The translations under genes were made by a program, and so were the position numbers. Below the pieces are notes generated by a model that saw only the letters and a list, made by a program, of their open reading frames with translations, was not told where the DNA came from and did not search any database. Shown here one piece after another: positions 12,001 through 24,000 of a stretch of 64,000 bases of DNA; the stretch's first letter is position 1; each line of letters starts with the position of its first letter. The stretch is from Candidatus Omnitrophota bacterium (GTDB taxonomy: Bacteria; Omnitrophota; Gorgyraeia; Velamenicoccales; JABMQK01), in NCBI GenBank assembly GCA_028711115.1, contig JAQTSV010000001.1, positions 6,032-70,031 of the forward strand, given 5' to 3'.

Positions 12001-15000
12001 GTAGGCTTCGAAACTCATTGCATCATTACCATAGAAATTGTTATATCTTTCTCTTAACTCATTTTCTAATATTTCGCCTGATGGTTCACATTCTTCAGTC
12101 CCTGGCCTAATAAATTTAATTCCCAAACCTCTTCGCATTAACTCTCTAATACTAAATCTTTCCGGGAATAAAATATCTAGTTTTTCTTGTATGGCATTTA
12201 AAGCGTCATTGGCACGTTCTACAATTGAATTAGCCTGTTCATTAGTGAGCTTACCTCTCTCTTTAAATAAATTTCTATAATAAACCAATTCGGCAAGCAC
12301 GCCTCTGGCCATAAGGAAATCAGTATTGGTTGTAAATTCCATATCTCCCAATTGTTTAATTAAACCAAGCGTATCTTCACCTGCTAGTAAATTAAAGGAT
12401 ATGCGCCGTCTCAATTCCAATGCAATATCCGCTACTGTTAATTCTCTTATCGGGCTGGAGGCGGAACCGAATATCTGTACTCCTCTATCTAATAAAGTAT
12501 AAGGTAAGGCCATAATTATCTTTGTATCGCTAAGATTTGCTGCAGTTAAAGAAGCGGCAAACGCCTCTAATGTATCTCTTCTTTCTTTAGGTTCGGCCTT
12601 CCAGTTAGCAGCAATAATAGAATTTCTTCCTTGAGTAAGAGTTATCGGCGCAGGACCTATTACTTCAGCGATTTTGGCAATACTGGTAAATGACTCGGCC
12701 TTGAGACTTGCGCCTCCAATTAAGGCACCATCAATATTGGATTGGGATAATAGCTCTTGGGCATTGGTAGGATTAACGCTGCCACCATAGAGTATTTTTA
12801 ATTCTAAAGATAATACTCTGCTGTAGCTCCTTCTTATAAAATTACGGATTGCGTAGCTTATTTCTTCAGCTTGCTGAGGATTTGCTGTCAGACCAGTGTT
12901 TATTGCCCAAATAGGTTCATAGGCAATAGCTGTTAAGTAATTTAAGGCCTCTGGTCTAATGCCCCTTAAATTCTGTTCAAGTTGAGTTAAGACATAATCT
13001 AAATGTCTCCTTTCTTCTCTGACAGCTAGGGGTTCTCCACAGCAGAGTATTATCTCAAGGCCGTCGGGGGTAAGTACGGCCATTAGTTTTTCATTAATTA
13101 ATTTATCTGAATCGCCTTCTTGTATGCGTTCGACAACGGGTTTACCTTCTGGGCTACGTAAGACTGCTTTACCTGTATCATCCTTTTTATAAATAGGTAC
13201 ACCAGCCCTTGTTTCGCTATGACCAAGGAGTGAACCAAAGACACGTATTTCTCTTAAAAGTGCTAGATTTATCTTTCCTGTATGAGCACCCACTTCAAGG
13301 CTAAAGTCCTGAGCATAGATTGTTACCGGGCTGGAGGCGGAATAAATCTGTGTAATCTGCGGTATTAAATCTGCGTAATCTGCGGTTGCAGAGACAAAAA
13401 CACCCCTGACGTTCAGATTGTCCTTGTAATCTGCGAGGGTTCTTATATTATTTTTGGTTACAGGGCTAGAAAATACGAATTCCGAGAGCCTGTTTGAGGT
13501 TGCACTCGGGGACCTTGAGATTCCGTGGCTTTTTAACACAACAGAATTTCTGTCTGACTCTTTTATCGGGCTAGAGCCAGATGTCCGAACCTGATTTTCT
13601 AATCCAGTTAAGCCTTGTCTTAGGGCTTGTGCACTACCAGCCGCCATTACGGGCAGACTCATAATGCTTAACCCTAAAGCCCTTGGCCTTATACCTATAT
13701 TTGCTGCTCTGACGTTAGCTTGCGCTAAACTTATAAGGTATACACCTTGAGCATCCCCAATGCTGACAACTATTAAATTGCCTGCATTTTGGCCTAAGTT
13801 CTTTCCAAGAGAGAACTTAGAAGACCCAACCAAATTATAGCCGTAAACATACCTAGCTGTAGTGGAGTTCTCTAATCCTAGAGCACACTTGTAAGCAGAG
13901 AGACTTACAAGCGGCGAACTCACACCAGGGCTGCGTGCGCCATGATCGTTGCCAAGGTTAGTCCTTGACATACGATCTGGAGTAAGTTCACCTATTTGCC
14001 TTGCAAAAGGATCAGAAAGGGCAATAGGTGAGGAGATACTAAGAACTGCGGGTTGAAGCGCAGGAATATTGCTTATCACAAAACTATTCGTATTCTGTGT
14101 TGGCAAAGGCAATTGCACTGGAGATGATGTGGATATAGGCACAGCAGGAACTCTTGAAACAGGTGTCTGCTGAGATTCTGCTGTATTTTGTATCGGCGAA
14201 ACTGGAGCCAATAAATTATTCTGTATGTCTCTTAAATTTTCCAAGCCGGTAGCCAGCCTATTGGCCAAAGGCGAAGACGCTGGCTTGGTTACTTGTTTTT
14301 CAATTGCCATTTCCGGCATTGGCAGTTTAATTTCAGGAATTCTCCTTGTGCTTGCGCTGCCAACACCCAAAGGAGAACTCATTCTATTAAAGGCATTGCC
14401 TGTGCCTATACCGCCGCCAATACCAACATTGTTTGAGCCAAAACCTCTGCTGCCTGCAGCAAAACCTGTTCCGGCACCAGGCGCACCAGCATTATATCCG
14501 GCTATATTTCTGTTACCTATATTAGTTAAGGTTTGCGACTTAAGCGGCGAAGAAGCTGCATCTTGGAATCCTGCTAAATCGAAGAACAACTTGTTCTCTG
14601 TTGTGACTAAATCAATAGGCTGTTCATCTCTATCAACAGATAACTCCCAATCCAATTTTCTTATTATGCCTTTTAATTCATCAAATGTGCCAATGACATT
14701 CTGTAAATTGTCATTATCTAAACCTCGTCTTCCCCCCGCTAACAAACTTAAATAACCATAAATAGAACCAAATCCACGATTAGCGATATCAACGTTTACC
14801 CAACGACCTCCATAAGTCAAAGCATTCCACAACGGATAGATTTTTTCGTAGTTTGGTAATTCTTGGACAGGTATGAGATTAGTCTGCAGCTGCATATCTT
14901 TTGCTAATTGTACTGCGCCTTTAAAGGACTGTGCGCCTCTCATGCGAGAATGCAGTAAAAGCCCTAAAGGCCGCATTACTTCAATATCATATCTGTTATA

Positions 15001-18000
15001 AATTCTCTTAATCTCTGCGAGTTTGGTTTTATTAAGAGTTTTTAAATCCGTAACCTGCAAAGGCCCGATAATCGTTTCTGTCTTTTCCACAAAAGGCCTG
15101 ATGAATTTATCAACAAATTCCCTCGCCATACCTCTGAGATTTCTGGCTTCTGCTCCGCTTATGGTCTTGGAAAGTTTATAACCTTCCGGCAGCTCTAACG
15201 GCGATGAAACAGCAACCTGTGATATTCGCTGGCTAATCCAATCCAAATCAACATCAATCAACTGATGAGATTTGGCATTCTGGGCTAATTGTATAGAATC
15301 CTGTTGAGCCAACCAGCTATCGAATATACTGATTATGCTGCTTACGTGGTCAAAGGCGCCTATAACATTACTCAAATATTTTTCTGCAAGTTTTGGATTA
15401 CTTTTCATCGTTTGTAAAAATAAAGCAATAAGACCAAAACCCCTGTTCATAATATCTATTGTGTCATATTCCGGCTGTCCGTTGGTTAACGTATTTATAA
15501 CCACCGGCGCGACTCTAGCATACTCTTCAAAGCCTGTGCCTGCTATAGCGCCATACGTCATCTGCATGCGAATTTCATCCAGAGGATCAATTACATTGCG
15601 GCGATAGTTATCGTAAATCTCGGCAATCTTATCTATATCTGGATTAGTGAAATCCATGGAACGTAAAGGTGCAATTACTAATCTGAGAGTCTCTGCTAAA
15701 TAAGGCCTTAATACTCTACCAATAAATTGTTTGGTTAAATATTTGAAATCTACGGCTTGCGGGCCGGTGATAGGAGCTTCTAGCCCAGTGGTAGGATCTT
15801 TTACTCTCTCATAACCCAGAGGCAGTACTGTTGGCAATATTGGAGATGAGGCTGTCAAAGAAGTTGTAGCTGACTGCATTGCAGGCGGCGCGCGGGTTGG
15901 AGTTATGAACATTTGTTTCATTGCACTGACACTCATTTCCTGTATCTTAACTTCTCCGATTTGCGTAAGCGGCGAACTGGCTGCTTCAGGTGCTACCGGC
16001 ACCCAAGCATTCATCGTCACATCTTCTATATTCATTCTTAACTCTTTTACATAATATTTATAAGCTGCTAATGCCCTATGCGAACCATCTAATAAAATTT
16101 GTATATGAGTCCCTGGTAATATATCCATCACTATCCTGTGATTTTTATCTCCTTTTCTTAACAACTCGACATATTCATCAACCAACGCGATTCTTCTGCC
16201 TCTGTCTGCGATACTCTTAAGCATCGGGTTAGCATCAAAAATATCTTTTAAAGACACTGCAACTTGTACCCAGTCATAATTTTTTAACCTATCAAACGTT
16301 CCATCAACACCGAATAAATCCTCGTGCTCTTTTATAATACCGTAAACCTCATCCCAATTCTTTCCTACTGGTGAAGATGCTGCGGGTTGCATAGACATTT
16401 GCTGCAACTGTTGCGCGATTGGTGAAGAAATTTCCGGCTGCCTGTATGTATTTATAACCAATTCGTGTACGGCTTCGCCTGTCTTGGGAGAATTACCAAG
16501 ATAACGCGGTGAATATGTTGCATTGGTTAATTCACTATGCAGCCTTTCAATTGTCTGAATAGTAACTGGGCTGGAGCTGGGGCCAATTATATGTATTTCT
16601 GAAGCAACATTAGCATTAACCAATGCCTGAATATCTGCTGCTCTTACGTCTTGATTAGGCGTAATCGTCAACACTCTGCCGTCGTAGGAAATAACTTTCG
16701 TATTCCTGAGAACTTCTGCAGCCGAATTCATTTGCTCAATCACCGGCGAAGAAGATTCTGGTGCCAACGCGGCTATTCTTTCTTTCGCCTGAATAAGTTT
16801 GCCTGCCGAATAGATATCCAACATCTCTGATAAAGGAACTCTGGCCAGAGCCAATGCTTCACCTCTACCCTGCCATGCCGCTGTCTGCGTTGATATCGCA
16901 GATATCGGGCTGGATGAAATATTAAATTGTGGCTGCGATAATTCCGGAGCAGCTGACGCAGCTATCGGAGAAGAGACAACATTAGCCGTCTGTTGATTTA
17001 TAGGCGAAGAAACGCCCAAGAAACTATTTAGATGAGGCGTCATTGTGGTATCGACTTTATAATGAGTACCGCGTATAGCATCGACCAACTGCTGAGACGC
17101 CATTGTCTTAACGCTATCGAAATTGACTCCTGTTAAACCTTGTAAGCGCTCATCAAGATCTTTTGTAGAATTTATTTTTGCGTTTACCATAAACTGAGCT
17201 GCCAAGTAGGTATTCAAAATATTTCTTTCGTCCTGCGAAAAACCGCCTGATAAACCGCTTGTCGTTGGGCTGGTGCTTAAAATAACCTCTAAAATATCGT
17301 GCGCGAAATTAAACTGGCTGGTTCTTGCGTCACGCATTGACTCTGGGCTAACTATTAATCTATATCCTCTGCTTGAATTCCTAGGATCAATTGGCTCAAT
17401 CAATGTACTAACACCTCTCTTAATATCTGCTGGGCTGGCAATTAATATTTCTTTTATGATATCCTCTTTGGCAAAGCGTGAAATTTCAACACCTTTATCT
17501 TTGGCAAACTTCGCAACCTGCGGCCAGATGCCTTTTATATTCTTGGTTATCTTTTTAATCAGAGTGGGCTGTTGTTTGCTAATAGCTGCCCTGATAAGAT
17601 CATTGTCATGATCGGATGCCGGTTCATCCGTATAATCAATCCTGCCGCCGTTTGTCCATTGCACAAAGTCGGCTATTTCTGAGATAAGGTCTTCTGGGGA
17701 CATGGCATTAATTTCCTGAGCAAGGCTTAAGAAAGTATCGCTTTCGTTGTTGAGCGTGCGCTCTCCGAGGTTCTGTATACGAAGACTACCTGGGTCAAAC
17801 TTTATCCTCTGCGGATGAGCCACTGCAAATTTAGTTGTTTCACGTAAACTGAAATACTGTGTGAGCATTTCATTTATGTTCCACTCTGAACGTTTAAGAC
17901 TAAGAAGCGCAAGAGGCGTATCCAGAGAGCTGGATATTGCACTTAACAAAGCTTTGTATTCTGCTTCTGTTACGCTCCCGCTTAATTTTGAAGTATCGCT

Positions 18001-21000
18001 TCCTATATATTCTGTGGCTAAGTGGATAAATTCGTGGGCGCCGTGTCCTATATTGTATTCGCCATCCAAATTGGGTGTGATGGAGAGCTTCCCATTGCCA
18101 AATTCCCTAAATGAGAAGTTCCAACCAGCATCGACATGTATTCCATCCGCTTGAACTTGTGCTCCTGTTTTGGCACCTGTCTCATTTGTTAAGCTGTATA
18201 ATCCTGCAACTATAAGCTGGGCATTAGATCCCGCTATATTTACACCAAACATTCTCTGTATTGTTTCTCTGCCTCTTTGCCCTAGGTTGTCTATTTTATA
18301 TCGCATAATTGGCTTCATGGCTTCGATTACGCTCTCTGGGGTACGAAGCTGCAATCCTTTGAGATCAGTTAATGACTTTTGATAAGCATCTATTACAGCC
18401 TGCCACTGGTCTACGCTCTTACCTAAAAATGTTCCTGGTGCTCTATCTTTATAACTGATGAACGTACCGTCTTTTGCACGGAAACCTTGTTCTTTTGCCC
18501 TCTGTTGTGCCCTCATCAATTTGCTCACCATAGAATCTGCATATCGAATTGCCTGTCCGCGGCTAAATACATGTACGCCTTCCGCTCCGCCGTAAGGGCT
18601 TAAGATTTCCTGGAATATTTCGCTAATCTGAGGGCCGACAATAGGTCCGAACATCGCGTTAAGAGGAATGAAATTCAAGCCTATCTGGATTAACTGTTCT
18701 GTAACAGTTTCTTCCACAGTGCCTGTTACCAGTAAATTTGTCAGACGCTCGGCGCCTATAATTCCTGCTGTCGCAGACCTTGGCGAAGTCTTAAATAAAG
18801 CCCTGGCGCCAAAAGTCTTTTCCATTCCCTGGCCCAATGCCTGGAATTTCAAACCAACATTCTTAATATTACCTATATCCTTAATATTGGAGAATACCGG
18901 CTCAGCAATCGGCTGCAATAAAGCCAAGGCAGCTGAGAAGTAAACATTGGTCATATCTAATTTACCCCAGGCAGAACTTACTGTCTTAGGCATTTCGTCC
19001 CATGAAGAAATTTTTGCCAGACCTGTCTTTTCATCCACGCCGAATAAACCTGCGGAATAGGCGCGACCTACAACCTTTGCTGCCAATGCCAATTTTTCCA
19101 TAAAACTTGCGCCTTGCCACAAGGATTTTCCGTCTTTATCATAAAGGAGGTCTTGATATTTTCTGGCGCTTCCCGGAATAATTTCTCCGGTCTGAGGATT
19201 AACCTCGTCTTGCCGCCAGAAAGCTCCCAGTGTGTAATTCCACAAAGACTTTTCTAAATCAGTGTAAGCAGCAGGGCTTATATATTCCCTTGTTAAGAAC
19301 GATGTGCCTTCAATAACGCCCTGCAGAGGAGCGATGACTGTCAGCAAATTCACAACTGTGCCTCTTAAGGCAAAATCCCAAACTGCTGCTTTGTAAATTG
19401 CAAGGCTGTATCCTGCGACGTTACCGGAGAATTTATTCAATACAGAAGACTTTTGTTTTTCTACTAAAGATTTATATACGGGTGAATCTTTTATTGTCTT
19501 AAAATCTACGCCGGCTTTTCTCTGTTGTGCCACATATCTATCTGCCTTCCATCCAGGAATGCCACCTATTGCAGACATAGCTAAATTTACCCAGCCTACA
19601 ATATTTAACGCCCAACCCGCTATGTTTACAGACTTACCTACATCTAAGCCACCGATTGCCACTCCGTTAAGCCCGAATCTACCACTGGAATTACCCCAAT
19701 CGCGCAATAAACTGCCGGCGTCAATCATCACCATTGATGCCGCAAAAGGATGTTCTATTCCGAATTTCTGGACTTCTGCCAAACTGACACTGCCTAATCT
19801 GTTAATCAAACTGAATGCGCCGAATCCTGCTGTGATAACGCCGCCCCATTTAAGTAAAGTGCTGGCATTTGTGCCTTTTAATTTATCCAATGTTCCTATT
19901 TTATAAGCTGCGTAACCGCCAGCCAGCATACCTACAGGGACTAAACCTGCTTGCGGTTTAATAACGCCTTGTTTATATAGGGAAGTTAAACCTAATAATC
20001 CTAATGCGATAGCACCAACTCCACCCCACTGCAATAATTCACCGATAGGAGTTTGGTCTAATTTTCCTGTATGGCCAAATATATTAACCAATGCCCCGCC
20101 GCCAACCAACTTCATAGACACACTATACCTTGCCAGCATTTTTTGTATCTGGAACATATCCATTGTCTGGCCAGGCTTAACCGATTTTGTCAAATCTAAC
20201 TTAAAGAAACTCTCGATAATATCTTTAAACGTTGCACCGTTTGTCCAATAATCTCTCGCGCCCATTTTAATTCCGCCCGAAAATCCCTCCGCCTCATGCA
20301 GCGTTCCATCTTTGTATACCTGCATAGAAGTCTTGGCGACTTTGGTTATCGCCAATATACTTGCACCCAATAATAGAGCAGCCACCAAATCACTTGTTTC
20401 GCCAACGCGTTCGTATACATATCTGCCGTTGCTGCCAATAACTGGTTCGCCATTATCCATTTTCTTTGCATAAACATCATGTTTTCTGAATAGGTATGGC
20501 CTAGTGGCATCTGCTAAATCAAACTGCTTTTTCTTAGGATCTAGCCTTGTCTCTGCCCAACCGATAAGCGGATCAAAGGTCATCTTTTTAATTCCATAGA
20601 ACAGTGCAGTTGTAGAGACTAAATCTAAACCTGTGAGTGTAGCTTTTGCGCCAAGTTTTACCAGAGAGGGTAGATTCCTAAGGCCGAACGCGCCAATTAA
20701 TCCGCCCACCATGATGTCGGTCCATATGTCATCACCCCTCTTAAGCCCGATGGCCAAACCTGAAGCCGCGCCTATTGTGCTGTATATCGCAGTATATTTC
20801 ATTTCTTGTCCAAACTTCTGCCAACCTTTTAACTGACCAGATTTCTTACCAAAAGCCCAATCTGCTTTCTTTGCAAGCCAGTTATTAGATGTTATCCCTT
20901 TTGTACCGTATGCCTGTAATGATTTATACCAAACAGCGTGGCTTGCTATTTTAGTGCCTAAGCTTAAGCCAATGCCAAAAATAACTAAGCCTGTATCAGC

Positions 21001-24000
21001 GAGAATGTTCTCAAAAATGCCAGGGTCATCGCTGCGTGTTGCTAAATAAAACATTCCTGCACCAGTGCCCATTAAGCCAACAGGTATTGCTATCTTACCT
21101 AAAGTTCCTTGTCTGGCTACCGCCTTATATAATTGTATATTTCTTGAGCCAGCCCATTTGCCTAAGCGTGTATTGGCTGCCAACTTAAAACTATTGAATA
21201 TAAAACTAAGCCCAATGGCGCCGCGTGCAACACTATCCATGCCATAGGCAAGTGATGTAATCTGTTTCTGAATCTCATCCAATCCGCCCTGGTTGCCGCC
21301 CATAACAATAGGAATCATGATATTAAAAGCTGTATTTGCCACGACTAAATTTGCAGCGCTATTATGCACCTTGTTCATAAATGGGGATCTACCAGATGCT
21401 CTTGCCTTAAATCCAGCCATCGCGCCAAAAAGGCTTCCCAATAACATTCCGTATTCTGTAGCGCCGGCTTCGGGGACTTGTCCTGCATTAACACCTTTGA
21501 GCAATTCTTTTGCCTGTTTTGCAAATGCGAATAATTCACCCACTGTTTGAGGCAGATTGGTTAATGCTCTTACAGTATAACTTCCGCTGGCAGCCTGCGT
21601 GAATGCACTGGCATATGAGAATAAGAATGCACCTACTCCTGCCCTTAAGCCGCCGACATTGCTTGTAAGATACCTTCCAACCTCAAATGCCTCTGCCATC
21701 CTGATATCATCAATATCTCTGGCCCAGCTATTATTATCTAAAAGACCAAAGATATTCCTTAAATTGCCGGCTGCAGCAATTATATTTCTTCCGGGATTAA
21801 GCAAAATACCTGCAATTCCTTTTGCGCTGCCAAGATTACCAAACAGAGAACCAGTAATCTGAACATTGCCATTCCCATCTCTCTTTACTGTAGTCAAATT
21901 ATAATCTATGTCTGCTAAAACAGTAGAAGCCAGCATAGAATAGAATGGATGTTTCACTACTGAAAATCCTGTCCAGCGTGCGCCTGCGCCCATGCCAAAA
22001 CCTGTAAGCACATTGCCGAAACTAAAACCATTAATCAAAATATTAGCACCTACGCCTATGCCACCCCAAATTGCGGTGTATTTTGTATGATAAATTAACC
22101 TACTCAAAAATGACGTTGCGGGGACATTTACACCTAACGCTTTACCTGCAATTGTTGGCCCAAATACCAAGGCATTGCGTGCAATTCCAGCGATTAACGC
22201 GCCTGTGGTGGAAGCATTTACATATCCTGAAGTAGTTCTTTCGTTACTTGGTGTGGAAAGGTGATAATAAATTGTATTTGCTGCTGCGCCTGCGCCAGCC
22301 CAACCTAAAGTATATTTTGCATGTTGCAGTGCCTGGCTTAACACTGAGGAGCCGTCGACAACTTCTTTACCTAATAATTTAGCAAGGAATTTGCCTCCGC
22401 TTTTTGGTGTTATGCTGCCGCTTACAAATCCAAAAGCAAAAGCAGTAAATGCTGTGCCAACTGAAAAATCAATCTTATCAGATACTGCAGCAGCTATGCT
22501 ATACACACCTGCGCTTATACCGCCCCTGAGGAAGCGGGCAAGCAATATTTGCGTTATTTCTGCCTTAGCTAACTGTCCTAATAATAACTTTCCAGAAATA
22601 GTTATAAGCTTACCGCCAACCCAAACATCGAGTGCGCTTAAAGCTCCCTTAAAAACTATCTCGCCGCCAGAAACTGTATAGTATTGTTCAAAATTTGTGC
22701 CTAATCTATTAGTCCATAAATTTTTTACGTCAGAAGCACCGTTTTTTACCCAGTTTTTATATGAATCTATGCCCACTAAACCTGCTGCCTGGGCAAAAAG
22801 ATGATGTTCTAAAATACCGATATTGAGGAAAGTCCCTCCTATATTTTTACCGAACCAATAACCGACTGCCGAATACCAGTGAGCGCTATTTCTATGAACC
22901 TTTCCCTCCAGGTCCGTAGTTGCAATTCCCGGTATCAGATTACTGATATATCCAGACCTGGTTACTATTTCCTTTACGCCGTGTTTATTTTCTAAAACTA
23001 ATTCTCCGAATTCGCTGATAGCGGAGATTTTGATATCAGGGTTGCTTAATGCTTTATTCAAATTATCTATTGTTGATGTATCGATTCCTTCTCGTGGAAT
23101 AGCCCCTCTGGACAACAATCCTTCTTCTTTAATCTGGTCTTTGTATTTTGCAGCCACGGCGCCTTGCTCGTCAAACACAGAGCCTTTGTCATCAAACATT
23201 AACTTATTGCCTTCTGCCCTGAGCCTGAATTTTTCTACTACCGGTATTTCGCCGTTATAAACATTTGTCCTTGTGCCTACGAGCTGCTGTCCTTCGGGAA
23301 TAGTCAATTGTGCATTAATTAAGTTAACAGTTACAAAGCCATTTAACGGGAAGTCCATCTTGAGTTTGCCATTATTGTATAAAACCATGTCATTGGTAAG
23401 AGAGAAAACATCGGCGATAGTTGCATCATCGCTAAAAGGAGAACCTCCGGGCCTGCCTTCCCGGCCTTGGCCTTGCTGCTCGGAGAAATATTCTTTAAAT
23501 GTGTTGATCGGTGAAGGATTGATAATACCTTGGCCTTCTCCATTTACATTTGCCATAAAATAGCTTGAAGAGAGCCAAGTCTGATTACGAAAATCTGTGG
23601 TGGATAAAGAAACCTTGAAATCTTTTGGTTCTTTGATAATCTTTGCGTTCTCTATCGGCTGTTGAGTAATATGAGATGTAACTTCTAACCTGCCTACAGT
23701 ATCACCGGGCAATAAGTATTCTCCGTTAAATAGCTGCCCTATATAATTCTTGGGCGAGAGAACATAGGAATTATAATCCTGGGTCAGTGTTCCTTCGCCT
23801 TCGAATTTAAATTCCGTATTATTTTTTACGCCTATAAATTGATATGCCTTATTTGACCAAATCCCGTATTGGCCGGTATAGCCATATTTTCCGATGCCTG
23901 TGATTGTGGGTGCGTTGGCATAGGCATGGCTTTTGCTTACATCGATAAAACCTGTGTTATCGGATACGTAAGCCCTGCCGCCAGCATCAATAAGGTATGC

